A stretch of 64,000 nucleotides of DNA from assembly GCF_964355755.1 (NCBI RefSeq), contig NC_092678.1, positions 8,758,422 to 8,822,421 on the forward strand, in the 5' to 3' direction. Position numbers and translations under genes: made by a program. Within the stretch, counting starts at the first letter, position 1, and each line of letters opens with the position of its first letter. Source of the DNA: Antedon mediterranea. Taxonomy: Eukaryota; Animalia; Echinodermata. Under the pieces are notes generated by a model. The model did not search any database. It saw nothing but the letters and a program-made list of their open reading frames with translations, and was not told where the DNA came from. Shown in pieces: positions 12,679-25,300 of this stretch.

Positions 12679-13268
12679 GTAAATCTTATTCAGATACATA
12701 TGCCCTACTTTAAATTATTGGATAGATCCTATATTTCGAATTGTGGGACCTTTTTTTTTCTTTGAAAATATTGCATTAAAAAAATAAAACATTGAATTCA
12801 TTTTAATAATTTGGTTTGGTTATCTTCTAGAGACTAATACATTTAGATTTGAATCAATTCATTAAATGCTGAACGTGGTTATCATGTCTGAAACATTATT
12901 CTACTACATCAACTGATTATATTTTACATAACAGAATAGCTGTAAAAGGGCGATCGAGACTAGAATCAGTTAAGCTTTCTAATAACCTACAGTACATTAA
13001 CTACTTTGTGGTTTGTTATTAGGACCTATTGCGAATAACAAATACTGATCTAGAAAAAGAAAATCTCTATTAGGATTCACAATTGAATTAATAAAGCAGA
13101 ATTCTTGCATAAAAAGCACTATATAACTGGTCTGGACACCCATTGGAATCCACAATTGGTTTATTGCTTACATTAAATACTACACACAGTAAGTTTGTTA
13201 AATAGAGTATATGACTAGTTTTACATGATTAATTTTGTAATTTCAGTTCAGTTTCATTGTATTACTAG

Positions 13269-13382
13269 ATATAACCAGATGTCTTAGTGACCCTTGCCAA
13301 AATGGAGGAACATGTATGGATTTTGTGAATCGATTTGAATGTAACTGTACATCAGGATGGATTGGAGAAACATGTGGCATTG
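13269..13382 (+). CDS. Gene A exon: EGF-like repeat 1
   Basis: 114-bp phase 1-1 exon, [38 protein letters not shown] (Notch/fibropellin-type EGF). Confidence 0.93.
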
Positions 13383-14128
13383 GTTAGTGACTTCCTAACT
13401 TAGTTTAACCTATATATTTCGTCACGCATTTCCCTTTATTATAGACCATAAGCAGTAAATTCTAACGTTTCATCTCGTTCCGATGTCATGGATCTACAAT
13501 TTCTTTACATATTTAGAATAATAATTTTATGAATAACAACATATCAAAAGTTCTCCATAATCGTGTTAGACAATTTTGAGAAATTACTGTTATATTGTGG
13601 TACTTTATTTTAATATACACCACGTGAGTGATTTGGTCGGGCCGAACGTTACACGTTCAAATTATCCGCAACGTCTTAAAAACTGTACCACGTGATCGTA
13701 TTTCACCAATCATGCTCTGGTTACAGATGAGAGAATCCCCAAAACTCACACACGGCAACGTCACACGTGGACAAAAAAAAATATTTCAATCAATGGATGG
13801 AGTAACTAGACTTGGAGGAAAATTTGTTTGATTTCCCCACCGAACAAATGCAACTGACTGTAAACGATTATTGATGCAACTTATGATCATCATATTGTAT
13901 TGAAATACAAAAAAACAAACAAACAAACGTTTTACCGTAAGAGCTTATGTCATGTTGTTTAATGACATTATACGTTTTACTACTACAAGTCCAGTAATAA
14001 TGGAATATTGGTTTGGCTGTTACTACTTCATAGAAGAACTTTAATTGATTTGTTTTTTACATTTTCTCCCCACTCCTGAGAAAATAGGACAATACACGTT
14101 TTTAGAACCTAAAGAATAATTATATCCA

Positions 14129-16691
14129 CTAGATGGCACGCTCGCTTCGCTCGCGTACCATCTAGGGGTGCTCACAGATGGTTCTCGAATACAGTAGAAT
14201 CCACGGACGGGGACTTTTTTGGGACACTAAACAAAAACGGAAGTGTCCCCCTAATTGGGGTATTCAGAAATAGAGACAACAAAACCAATACTGGATTCCA
14301 TAAAGGACAAATAATTTATGTGGATTAAAGAAATTAGGGAGAAATGGAAATGTATGTACGGGAATTGGGCGGCACGTGGTGGTGGTGATGGAACTGCAGT
14401 AATAAAGTTGATTGTATTTATATATTATAAGAACCAAACTAAATAAATAGACCTAGACATTCTGCGAAATGGAAATCGGAAATTCAAGCTCCTATTCAGT
14501 GAAAAATTAAACTGTAGTCTACCTAAATATTTAGGGCAAATCATCGGTTGTGGTGTTGAACTTCCTGTAAACATTTGTGTGAACCAAACTGGGTCGAATT
14601 TCTGTCATGAGTACTGATTTGTTGGCCTGTGATTTATGACGCCTAAGGGATCTATCTAGACTTATTTTTTAGAATAATGTACGTACCTGTCAGATACAAT
14701 TGTCTTGTGTCGTATAATAAATAAGTACTGTAATAGTTACTGAAGTTACTATTACAATCTCGTCAATGAAAACACGAAAATGTATATGCACTTACTTATG
14801 AAAACGTATACAGTATTATACTCAGTTATTGAAACAGTAGGTTTAAAAAAGTTTCATTTGTCTGTAAAATGATGTAATCAAGCTGTTTACATGAGTCTTA
14901 ATTTATAAGCACATCAATAATAAAATAGTTTATCTATCCTGTAATTGGCGAGATTATGGTCGCTGTTGAATGAAATAAAGCCAATCGGTATCATATTTGT
15001 ACAGAAACGTTTTCGCGGCCGAAGGGTGTAACCTAAATTCGTTGTATTATCGTCAAGAACTAACTGTAACTAAACTTACATAGAAAGTAGGGTATCATAA
15101 ATTTGGCCTTAGCACTCGGGGGAGTGGCTAAGATGAAGTCCGTGGGACTACTAAATATAAATTGTAATGAACCTCGAGGGACATAAATAGGAATATTTCA
15201 TGTTTCATTATCAATGTATAATAAATGGAAACTGTTTACCGATTCAAATAATAGAAATTGGTTTTTAACATTTTCCGAACCTATTGCAAGTTTATTCTCA
15301 AAGGGCCCATATATTTACCTACCGTATGTGTTAAACCAAGGGCTCATAAATTTACCTACAGTACTTGTGTTAAACCAAACTCTGGCAGACTGAGAGATTG
15401 GGATGTTCCATTCATCGCAAATCAATACATTTGTATAATCGTATATTAAATCTATCAAAATAGTATTTTTTAAAGAAAATCGGCCTGCCTTCAACATTAT
15501 GATGGTGTACTCTAGCAATCTATCAAAATAGTATTTTTTAAAGAAAATCGGCCTGTCTTCAACATTATGATGGTGTACTCTAGCTGTGCAACCGGTTTTC
15601 AGCTATTAAAAACAATTATCGTAGGAGGAGATAGGAAAATGCGAAGCCTCCTCTCTATGTAACATTAGGGTTGAGGGATGGGAAAGCGGATAGGTACAAA
15701 GAGGAACAATTTTTAAATATATTCTTTATCCACTGAGTAACAAAATATTTTGTTCATGTTTTATAGGCCTATAAATAATATACCTCTAAATACAGTAGGC
15801 CTAAAACATTTGCGATTTAATACTTTGTTAAAACTGTCACTGTCATAATCGATTGAAATATTAAAGTACATGTCACGATACACCACTACGACGTTTATAT
15901 TTTTGGTAATTATTAATTAATACAAACGTTGAGAAGGAACTGTCAGTATAAAGTTTATTTGTATATCTAACAGTAGAGCCTATCCACAGTCTCAGTAATA
16001 AAGTTTATTTGTATATATTTTTATATTACATCTAACAGTACGAACATTCACAGTAAGAAATGTTCGATTCAAATGAAAAATAGTTAATAGGTATTTACAG
16101 TATTTTCAAAGTATTGCAAGTTTTTTTTCAAAGGGCCCATATATTTACCTACCGTATGTGTTAAACCAAGGGCTCATAAATTTACCTACAGTACTTGTGT
16201 TAAACCAAACTCTGGCAGACTGAGAGATTGGGATGTTCCATTCATCGCAAATCAATACATTTGTATAATCGTATATTAAATCTATCAAAATAGTATTTTT
16301 TAAAGAAAATCGGCCTGTCTTCAACATTATGATGGTGTACTCTAGCTGTTCAACCGGTTTTCAGCTATTAAAAACAATTATCGTAGAAGGAGATAGAAAA
16401 ATGCGAAGCCTCCTCGCATTTTTTTGGCGGGTATTTTTCAAGATGGACATCCATTAGACAGTGTATTCCACGATCGGAAAACACCCCTATTTGGGGCAAA
16501 TCGTTGAACCTAAATTCGTTTTAATCGTCAATAACTAATTATCTAACTCAATTTAATTAGTAAACAGGGTTACATCAGGCGGTTAAAATCAGTACCGAAA
16601 GTACGAACCAACTTTACATACCATCGAGTGAAAATTCTAGAAGTAAGGCGCGATTTACCGAATTTTGCCCTTACGTAAATTTATATATAGA
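14129..16691 (-). mobile_element. Non-autonomous Helitron, copy 2
   Basis: Same CTAG-hairpin end and TCTATATAT start; internal duplication of ~15280-15655 and ~16110-16415; lacks the L2 fragment. Confidence 0.85.
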
Positions 16692-17154
16692 TGATGTTTT
16701 TATGACTTAAACATTTCTACTTATTTCATTTTATTCCAATTCGTATTCTACAGCAAAGAACCTCCTAATTTTACTTTAGATTAAAAAAAAACTACACTGT
16801 TAATCAAATGATTACATTAGACGATTTGAAATCAATCTCTCTCTCCCCCGTTTGACAGGTTCATACATTTCAAAACATAGCTAACTGCGCCAATTGAGGA
16901 CATCATTTTTCATAGTTTGTCCTAGAAGTTTTTTAAACTTAAAATAAATATCGCTACGCTTATTACAAAATAGACAACAAATATTAGGTACATACGTCGA
17001 TATTTTAATAATTTCACGTTGAATATTGTTAAAGTTGTAATGTGGTACAACGCCCTCGTAGTCCCCTCTTCACACATAATTTGATTTTACAATACAATTG
17101 GCACCAATAGAAGCAGCTTGTTAATGTGGTTACAAATCGTAGTTGTTCAAAGCT

Positions 17155-17497
17155 GTAGTTGTCCTATGGGCCAGTTGTAATTTTCCTAGTGGGTACCTAG
17201 GGTAGTTTTCGTAGGGGGTAATTGTCCTAGGGAGAAATTGTCCTAGAGGGTAATTGTCCTAGAGGGTAGTTGTCCTAGGGGTAGTTGTCCTAGGGGTAGT
17301 TGTCCTAGGGGGTAGTTGTCCTATAGGATAGTTGTCCTAGGGGGTAGTTGTCCTAGGGATAATTGTCCTAGGGGGTAGTTGTCCTAAGAGGGTAGTTGTC
17401 CGAAGGGTAGTTGTCCTAGGAGGGTGATTGTCCAGGGGGTTATTTTCCGGGTGCTAGTTGTCCGGGTGCTAGTTGTCCAGGGGGTAGTTGTCCTAGA
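17155..17497. repeat. G-rich minisatellite, 16-18 bp unit GGGGTAGTTGTCCTA(G)
   Basis: About 20 directly adjacent degenerate units with no spacers; probably part of a non-autonomous TE. Confidence 0.9.
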
Positions 17498-17657
17498 CCC
17501 GTCAAACAGGTATGTTACCATCTCTTAAGTAAACCACAGTACAATGAACAGTGGTGATGTTCCACGAAGTAGTAGCACTGAATCTTTGGGAGAAATACAC
17601 ACGTAATATTATATCCCTAAGTATCTTTACTATGTTTAGTTGTATTTGTATATTTAG

Positions 17658-17771
17658 ATTTTGATGAATGTAGCAGTAATCCATGTTTAAACCTTGGCAC
17701 GTGTATTGATAACGTGGATAGCTATACCTGTCAATGTCTCTCTGGGTGGACTGGTGGAAACTGTCAAACAG
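17658..17771 (+). CDS. Gene A exon: calcium-binding EGF repeat 2
   Basis: 114-bp phase 1-1 exon, [38 protein letters not shown]. Confidence 0.93.
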
Positions 17772-18382
17772 GTATGTTACCATCTCTTAAGTAAACAATA
17801 GTACAATGAACAGTAATATCAGTGGTGATGTTCCACGAAGTAGTAGCACAGAAACTTTCAAGTTCATTCACACTAATTAACAAATGTATTAGCTATAATG
17901 CTTACGTTTAAGTAATTGTTCTCTAAGCAGCAGCAAGTTTGTCTTGGCAGGCATCTGTTTAAAATGTTGAATAACAAACAAAAATTAAACCAATCATTAC
18001 CATTATTAGAAGAATGTAGAACTTCAAATCCACATCTTGTTTAATCATTCTAGCTTTACCCTACCAAACCTACATAAAACATATTTTGTTCATACATTTC
18101 TGATTATTAACTTTTGTCTACCTTAATAGTTTACCGTATGTACATGTTCATAATTATGGCAATTAGGAATGACCCGAAATAGTACCTGTCCCCATTAAAT
18201 ATTATCCCGTTTATCCGATTCCGAGAATTTCCCATACAGAAAAGATTACAGAAGCTTCCTCTCTGGGTTGATTACAATTGATATCAGATAATCGTTAATG
18301 TTACACTTAAACAATCAGTCTCTTTCTTAATAGAAATCCATAATCATTGATTAATATTATTTTTTTTCTTTAAAACGATTAG

Positions 18383-18496
18383 ACACAAACGTATGTGGTA
18401 GTAACCCGTGCATGAATGCAGGTTCTTGTAGCAGCCAGCAGGATGAGTTCAATTGTACTTGCCTCTCTGGATTTTCTGGCTCAATTTGTGAAATAA
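18383..18496 (+). CDS. Gene A exon: EGF repeat 3
   Basis: 114-bp phase 1-1 exon, DTNVCGSNPCMNAGSCSSQQDEFNCTCLSGFSGSICEI, donor gtaag. Confidence 0.93.
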
Positions 18497-18823
18497 GTAA
18501 GAAGGCATCATGCGTTTATCAGAGACACGAATTCGTGAAGATGAACAAATAAAGTTCGAAATATAGAGCACAATGGTTTGCCTCATCTTTTTCGAAGTTT
18601 ATGTTTATTATTATTTTATTATTTATTATAGTAATAAACGTATTAGGGGACCCTCTGACCACTCATCACAATTTGATTTAAATTTATCTATGATAAACAA
18701 ATTGAAACAAAATTCTTTTTTTCTAATATTCAGTATATATTTCATTTGTGTGGACTCAGTAACATTGCTAGCTTAGTTTTTTTTGTAAAGGATTTGCTAC
18801 CGCTTTAATTTAAATATAATTAG

Positions 18824-18937
18824 ATACTGACGAATGTGAAAGCAATCCATGTTATTATAATGGAACCTGTATTGATGGTGTTAACGATTACATATGTCAA
18901 TGTACAAGTGGCTGGACAGGTGTTAATTGCGATCAAG
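18824..18937 (+). CDS. Gene A exon: calcium-binding EGF repeat 4
   Basis: 114-bp phase 1-1 exon, [38 protein letters not shown]. Confidence 0.93.
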
Positions 18938-19202
18938 GTATGTATGTTCAATATTCAAATTTCAATTTACATATGACTCCAATACAAGGTCCAAGATTTG
19001 CATTTTTGCCCGAGGTAGGGGCATGTATGCTGGACGATAAACAGTAAAAACAAAAGTTGAGAGATAGGCCTATCATTGAGGCTTGGGCACCATTATACTG
19101 GTGTATATACCAGAAATGGTTTATGCTAGATGATAATTAATTTGATAGATTACTCGTTAAACTATGCACATCATTTTACATATTTATTAATATTTCTTTA
19201 AG

Positions 19203-19439
19203 ATTCTGAGAATCCAACTGTGATATGTCCTAGTGATATTGAACAAAGTTCAGATATAGACCAGACTACAGTGACCTGGAGTGACCCCCCAGTCAGTGAC
19301 AATGTTGATACTGGCCTGTCAGCTATTTGTACTCCACCTTCTGGTTCTCTGTTTGATATTGGCTCAACTGATGTTATTTGTTCTTCTACTGATACTGCAG
19401 GCAATACTGGAAGTTGTGCATTTACACTTACTATAAGTG
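19203..19439 (+). CDS. Gene A exon: second HYR domain
   Basis: 237-bp phase 1-1 exon, DSENPTVICPSDI...VTWSDPPVSDNVD...CTPPSGSLFDIGSTDVICSSTDTAGNTGSCAFTLTIS; clear paralogue of exon 107-340. Confidence 0.92.
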
Positions 19440-20560
19440 GTAATGTTTACTTTAAACATTGTTTCTGAATGAATATGCAGTTTAGAATGAAAGATCTAGC
19501 ATAAACTTAGGCCGTGTTTCCACTGCCATTAAAAAAATCATCGGTTAAATCTTTTAACCAATCATTTCATTAATATACAAATTATAATTGCCCATGATAA
19601 ATTAGGCCTAATATTACCAAACGCTAAAATTCACAACGCAATTATTTGTGCTTTTGTTTAACAGGTTTAACAGGTATTGAATGAGATTATTTAACAAATA
19701 CCTGGAGCGCGGTTAAAACATTTTTCCACAGAATGTTTATCGAATAATTAATAGTAATAATAATCGGATCCGTTATTTTTGGCTGCGGAAACAATCTCAC
19801 CCGAACAACGTGTTTCATTATTCTATAAACATACATTCCACACTATCTAATGGAATATCTATAATATAATAGCACTAAGCCCAAATGTGTTTCTCTATAC
19901 TAAACATGAGGACGGAAACTGACATTATCTAAATATATTTGGGCCTACACAAACAAAACAAGAACAAAGATACAGATATATAATATTAAACATTTTGCGT
20001 TTTTCAAACATTCATTTTACACTGAGCACTATTTGCATAGACTCTGCAAATTTGTATTTGAAATTGCTTGCTTTTAAAATTAAAACAAAATAGACACTGA
20101 AATATTAAAGAAGAATACAGTATGTCTATTAACTTTATCGTCCTTTTAATATAAATGCTGTATAATGTACCTCTTGGCACAATACATCCATGTATAGATT
20201 TGTGTACTATATTGCTGTACTATTTCTTTGATTCCCGAACCTTAAAATCATTATAAAATGGTTTCCGTCCATTGGACGGGTACCTGCTAGTAAAAATATG
20301 TTAGTATTACTTATACTAGTAAATAAGTATATATTCGACCTGCGACCTGTGCTTTGTTTTTATCTGACGGAGTAATTGAAAAATGAAACGTAGGTTGTTG
20401 CGTGAACCTAAAATCCACCAAAACTATGTTGAGAAATACATTGAGGAAGCGCTTCAAAATTTTGTTTTTAATTGAAATGATTTAACTTGTTCCTGCAGTA
20501 GATCGTCGTAAAATTGAAAGCTCCCCATAATTATCTAAGGTTTTGCTATATTCAATTTAA

Positions 20561-21175
20561 AGGCCAGGTGCGGGCAAAAAATTTCTATTGATCATACATT
20601 CCAAAAATTATCGATCTATAGTTTCCCCTATGTTTCTAAATTGTTTGGGATTTTATTTGTGTTACACGAGCTTGTTCAAAATAAGCACTTTCTTATATAT
20701 ATAATATATTGTAGGCCTATGTTTCTGATAGTTCAAATTACACAGTAAAATCTCTATTCTTTATATACAAATTTTGTAAATAGAGAGGCATTTTAAAAAG
20801 CTATGAAAAATAAACGGTTTGGTAAAAAAAGTTATCAGATGACTGAATATAGGTAATATAACTTGAATATTACATTTCTGATATTTTTATTCAACTTCAG
20901 ATTTTAATTTTCATGCTATAGCAAAAATTATCCACCGTATATCCACCACCTTTTTTCAATGTCTAGGGAGTCACCAGACATGTTATTACATTAGGTTAAC
21001 TACCTAACTACTGAAAAAAAGTCTTCCTGGTTTTTATGGAAGAATTTTGCCAAATTTTGTATTTGACCATATTAAGGGAAATTCATGTTTTGTCATCTTG
21101 ATTTCTGTTACAATTATTAGATTTATGTACAATTAACCAAATATTATATTTAAAATTCATGCCTGTATCTGAACT
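20561..21175. mobile_element. Kolobok-type MITE inserted in the acceptor of the gene A TM exon
   Basis: TTAA at 20557-60 and 21176-79; imperfect TIR (16/24 matches) AGGCCAGGTGCGGGCA../..TGCCTGTATCTGAACT. The body is collinear with a second copy at ~53068-53628, which ends identically before TTAA. Confidence 0.75.
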
Positions 21176-21181
21176 TTAAAG

Positions 21182-21272
21182 GTAGTTCATCTGTACCAGT
21201 TTACCTGATTGCTGTAATAATAGTACTTGCTGTCATCATATTGGTGATGTTTGCTGCTTTTATTATTTATCG
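21182..21272 (+). CDS. Gene A exon: transmembrane helix
   Basis: tttaaag| ... CG|gtatgg, phase 1-2. GSSSVPVYLIAVIIVLAVIILVMFAAFIIYR has about 25 uninterrupted hydrophobic residues followed by Arg. Confidence 0.85.
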
Positions 21273-21370
21273 GTATGGATGTTATACTTATTACACTTTT
21301 TATAATAGCTGCTGCTACTAATACTACTACTACTGCTACTAATGCTACTACTACTGCTACTAATACTACT

Positions 21371-22197
21371 TGTAACGACCTCTGGTCGCGGAGTTAGATT
21401 CAGGTAGACAACAACAAGACTACACACAATATACTGCTTATTCCTTATTTTTATTTTCTCCTTTAAGCTGTCAAACCTGTGATGCATGTAGCTTGTGGCG
21501 TTTCTAATAAGAAACAGACAAATATAAATGCCCATGTTATAACGAATCATGCAAATAACAACAATTTAAAGACGATCTCTGTCGTCTTAGTAACGTCAAA
21601 ACTCTCAATGTACAGCCCTCTATCGGGTTACACAGAACAACGTATATGTGCAATAAATCACAATACTGTATTAAAACACTTAAATAATTCTCTTTAAATT
21701 ACACTTGAGATGCTGATTACATAATATAAGTGCCTTCCTTACTATACAGGACATGTATGGCCTACAATTGTTATATCAACATTAACACATTGAAATTAAT
21801 GAACGTCTTGATCAGCCTCGTGGCAACAATGATGTAGGCTATCTGGCCTAACCTAGCCGTGCATATCATCATAAGACATAGGCAACGAGTAGGAGAAGGC
21901 TTAGGCCTTCCAACTACTATAAATCAAACAATAACTCAATAATATCAATCTAAAGTTAATAATAAACCGGATGCTCACCAAAACCTATGGTCTTTCTCCG
22001 CGTAACAATTTTATAATAGTATATTATCAGACGCCTATGACAGATGGTCTCATTTTATGTCTCCTCCTACAACAACCTTAGGCGCGCACATGTGTTATTC
22101 CCAAAAACAGGGATCATCTAAAAAACTTGCACATGAACGAAAAACAATGTTGAAATGAAATGCGCCCTCTATATAAATATACATATAGGACCTTACA
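21371..22197 (-). repeat. 3' LTR of BEL/Pao element
   Basis: Direct repeat of 28360-29224; by eye, roughly a dozen substitutions and a few indels. Confidence 0.95.
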
Positions 22198-22349
22198 CCG
22201 GCCCTCCTAATGCAAACTCAAAGTGAGCATTAGCAAACACCTTAAACATTAAACAAACATACAATTTCCGATCTTGATCAATTATAAATTCTATAATAAC
22301 CTGATAAAGTTTAGTAACATACAATCAATATCTTAAACAAACAATAATT

Positions 22350-25300
22350 AAAAGCAATATAATTGGATTATCTTCTAAGCAATTGATACATCTTGTAACA
22401 CATGCTTTCGCAACCAATGGAAGCGTGACAATCCAAAATTTCTTTCGCACCTCGTTGATTAAAATGGACCTGAAATGGAATTTCGATTTTCAAGAAATTC
22501 ACACATGTTATTTAAATGTATCAAATTAACACAAAACCACACAAATAAAAACAAAATGTAAAGTATTTTGAGTAAAAACAAAATTTTAAGATACCATGGT
22601 AAATTAGCAAAAATTACTCACGCCATTGCAATATTCTATTTCAACGGCCGTCGGAAGCCTCTATATTCACGACGTCACATATACATACGATGATATAGAG
22701 AGCGTGTATGCCGCCCGATAGTCAGTGAATGATCGACGGCCTGGAAAGATACGCGAAGCGTTGACACTAATACTAATTTATTCAATATCTAATGTTGTTG
22801 AAATATAGGTCCCTAAAATGTACTTCGTTTGTTCTAAAACCCGAATTTAGAAGGCCTACCTCCCAAACCTTTACTAGGCCTAGGCCCCCAATCCAGAGCG
22901 CGGAGTCGATCCACCACCCACATCATGCGGCGAGGCTCCGTTTCATGTGCATCCAAGGACCAAAGCGATATCAACAACTTGCTGCGCTCATTGTCAAGCC
23001 AAAGTAAAATACTGTATGAATAAAATTCGTTTTCGAACTGCCTGATTCGTGACAAATAAATTATCATCTCATATTACTAATTTAATTCTGCTAAACTAAA
23101 AACTAAAGAAACTAACAAATTTTAGCAGTATAAATTACGAACGATATACAAAATACACGAACGGAAAATATGGATACGCATCATTGCGCACGGAGCTGTA
23201 TCCCGGACAACGTTGCCAGGCCAACTTCGGTATTGCCAGAAAAAAACCGTTGATTTTAAGATTTTAAATCGTCATTTACTCGATGAGTAACCGTTTATAC
23301 GGTAATAATTTTATCTAAAAAAATTCTAAATACGTTTCTGCAAATGCACAAGCATTTTTTAGAAAATACTCTATAGATTTCAAGAGTTATAGCCAAAAAA
23401 CTGCAAATTTTCCATTGGAGGGATAGGAATATATTCGCAAAGTGACGTCACCCGCGAATTTTTTTGATTTTCTAATGGGGCTTTCCCCAAAAGGGCCAAT
23501 TTATATTTTGTAACAATATACATTCTAGCAACACCTAATAGCCCCCAAAACATCATTCTAAAATGAAAAAAATCGAAAATCCATTTCAGGTCCATTTTAA
23601 CTGATTCTTGCCACAATGACCTGTGCGCTTGTGAACCTCATTAATTATCACCTCTGAAAGACGATGCTTCGGCAATACAATTGGATGCTTGGCATTTTCG
23701 TCCAACTCCGAATTCTTCAATCTCCCTCCAACCTTCAGCACACATTTATCCAAGGTCGGGTTTAATTTTGCAAGGCAACTAGTTTTCTTCACATCCCTTT
23801 GGCCCTTCAACGCATCAATCTCTTCGTTGAAAAACTCTTCCTGTACATATCTGATCAAGTCTATCTCGGCCTGTTCCATTTCAGTTGCTGTTATCATTGG
23901 TGTTACGGATTTGTGGGACAAGTAACCTTTAAATTTAGTTCACCATACGACTGCCTTCTTTAGTTTGTGATAGGAAGAGTACCGCTTAATCAGATCATTC
24001 ATCCAACGGTGTTGTTCTACTACTGTAAAGACTTCCTTTACGTCAGGATCATCAATTTTCAATTGACTACCTTGAAATAGCTGTGGCCATTCCGACGGAT
24101 CTCTTGTGAGGAACGCCGGCCCTCGTAACCACATAGCAACCTCATCCTCGTTTTTTAGATTTATTCCTCGAGATGCAAGGTCAGCTGGATTGGTTTTACT
24201 CCTAACATGACGCCATTGATTAAGTTCCGAGCCCTCATGAATCACGCGTAGCCTGTTGGCCACGAACACACTGAATCTCGTATTTCTATTATGAATGTAA
24301 TTCAAAACTATCATACTGTCTGTCCAGAAAAAGACCATGTCAAATTCGACGTCCATTTCTTGTCTTATAACTGCTGCACTGTTTACACCAACTGTCGCAG
24401 CGGTCAATTCTAACCTCGGAATAGTTTGTTTTTTCTTCGGCGAAACTCTGGATCGACTGTATAGCAAAGTACATCTATTAGATCCGTCATCCAATCTTAC
24501 GTAAAGTACCACACCATATCCCTTACTGGATGCGTCAGCAAATACGTGTAGTTGACATTTGCAATGTGCATATGTTCCTAACCATCTAGGAATCACAACC
24601 TCCTTGAGAAGTTGTAGCTCACTCCACCACTTTGTGCACTCCCCTTGTAATTCCTTGGAGAATGGGTCATCCCAACCGCTGTCCTTCAAACTAAGTGATC
24701 GCTGAAAAATGTCCTTTGCTGGCAGTACCACTGGTGACATCAACCCCATCGGGTCAAATACTGAACTCATTACTGACAATAAGTGCCTTCTAGTCCATGT
24801 GTTTTGTTGCCTTGTCACACTGGGTGTACTCAGTTGAAACACATCATTCTCCAAGTCACAATTTATACCTAGCGTTCGCTCAGTAGGTATCAGTTCCTGG
24901 TTCAAATTAAGTCCCTTTAATTCTGTTGAACGTTGATCCTCAGGCACAGATTGTATAACGCCTTTGTTGCTACTTGACCACTTTGTCAGATTGAACCCAC
25001 CTCGTCGACAAAGTCTTCTCAAATGTTCAACCATCTCAATAGCCATCTCTGGATTGTCGAGGCTCTTAAGGAGATCATCCACATAAAAATTATTTTTTAC
25101 AGTTTCAATTACGTCCTTAGGGAAATCGTCCTTGTTATTATCAGCAGTTTTCTTTAATGCAAAGTTGGCACAAGATGGGCTACATGTTGCACCAAAGGTG
25201 TGTACCTTCATTCTATAGACTTCTGGAGTACTATCCGGATGCCAAATATATCTTAAGAAATCCCTATCCTTCACCGGAACTATCACTTGCGAGAACATGG

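Noticed and set aside
17155-17497. CRISPR-like array (also 39660-39880 and 44700-44960)
   Set aside because: These are adjacent tandem units without unique spacers, there are no cas genes, and the context is eukaryotic.
21263-21697. ORFs in the LTRs, duplicated at 28207-28707
   Set aside because: They lie within non-coding LTR sequence, differ by indels between the copies, and show no protein motifs.
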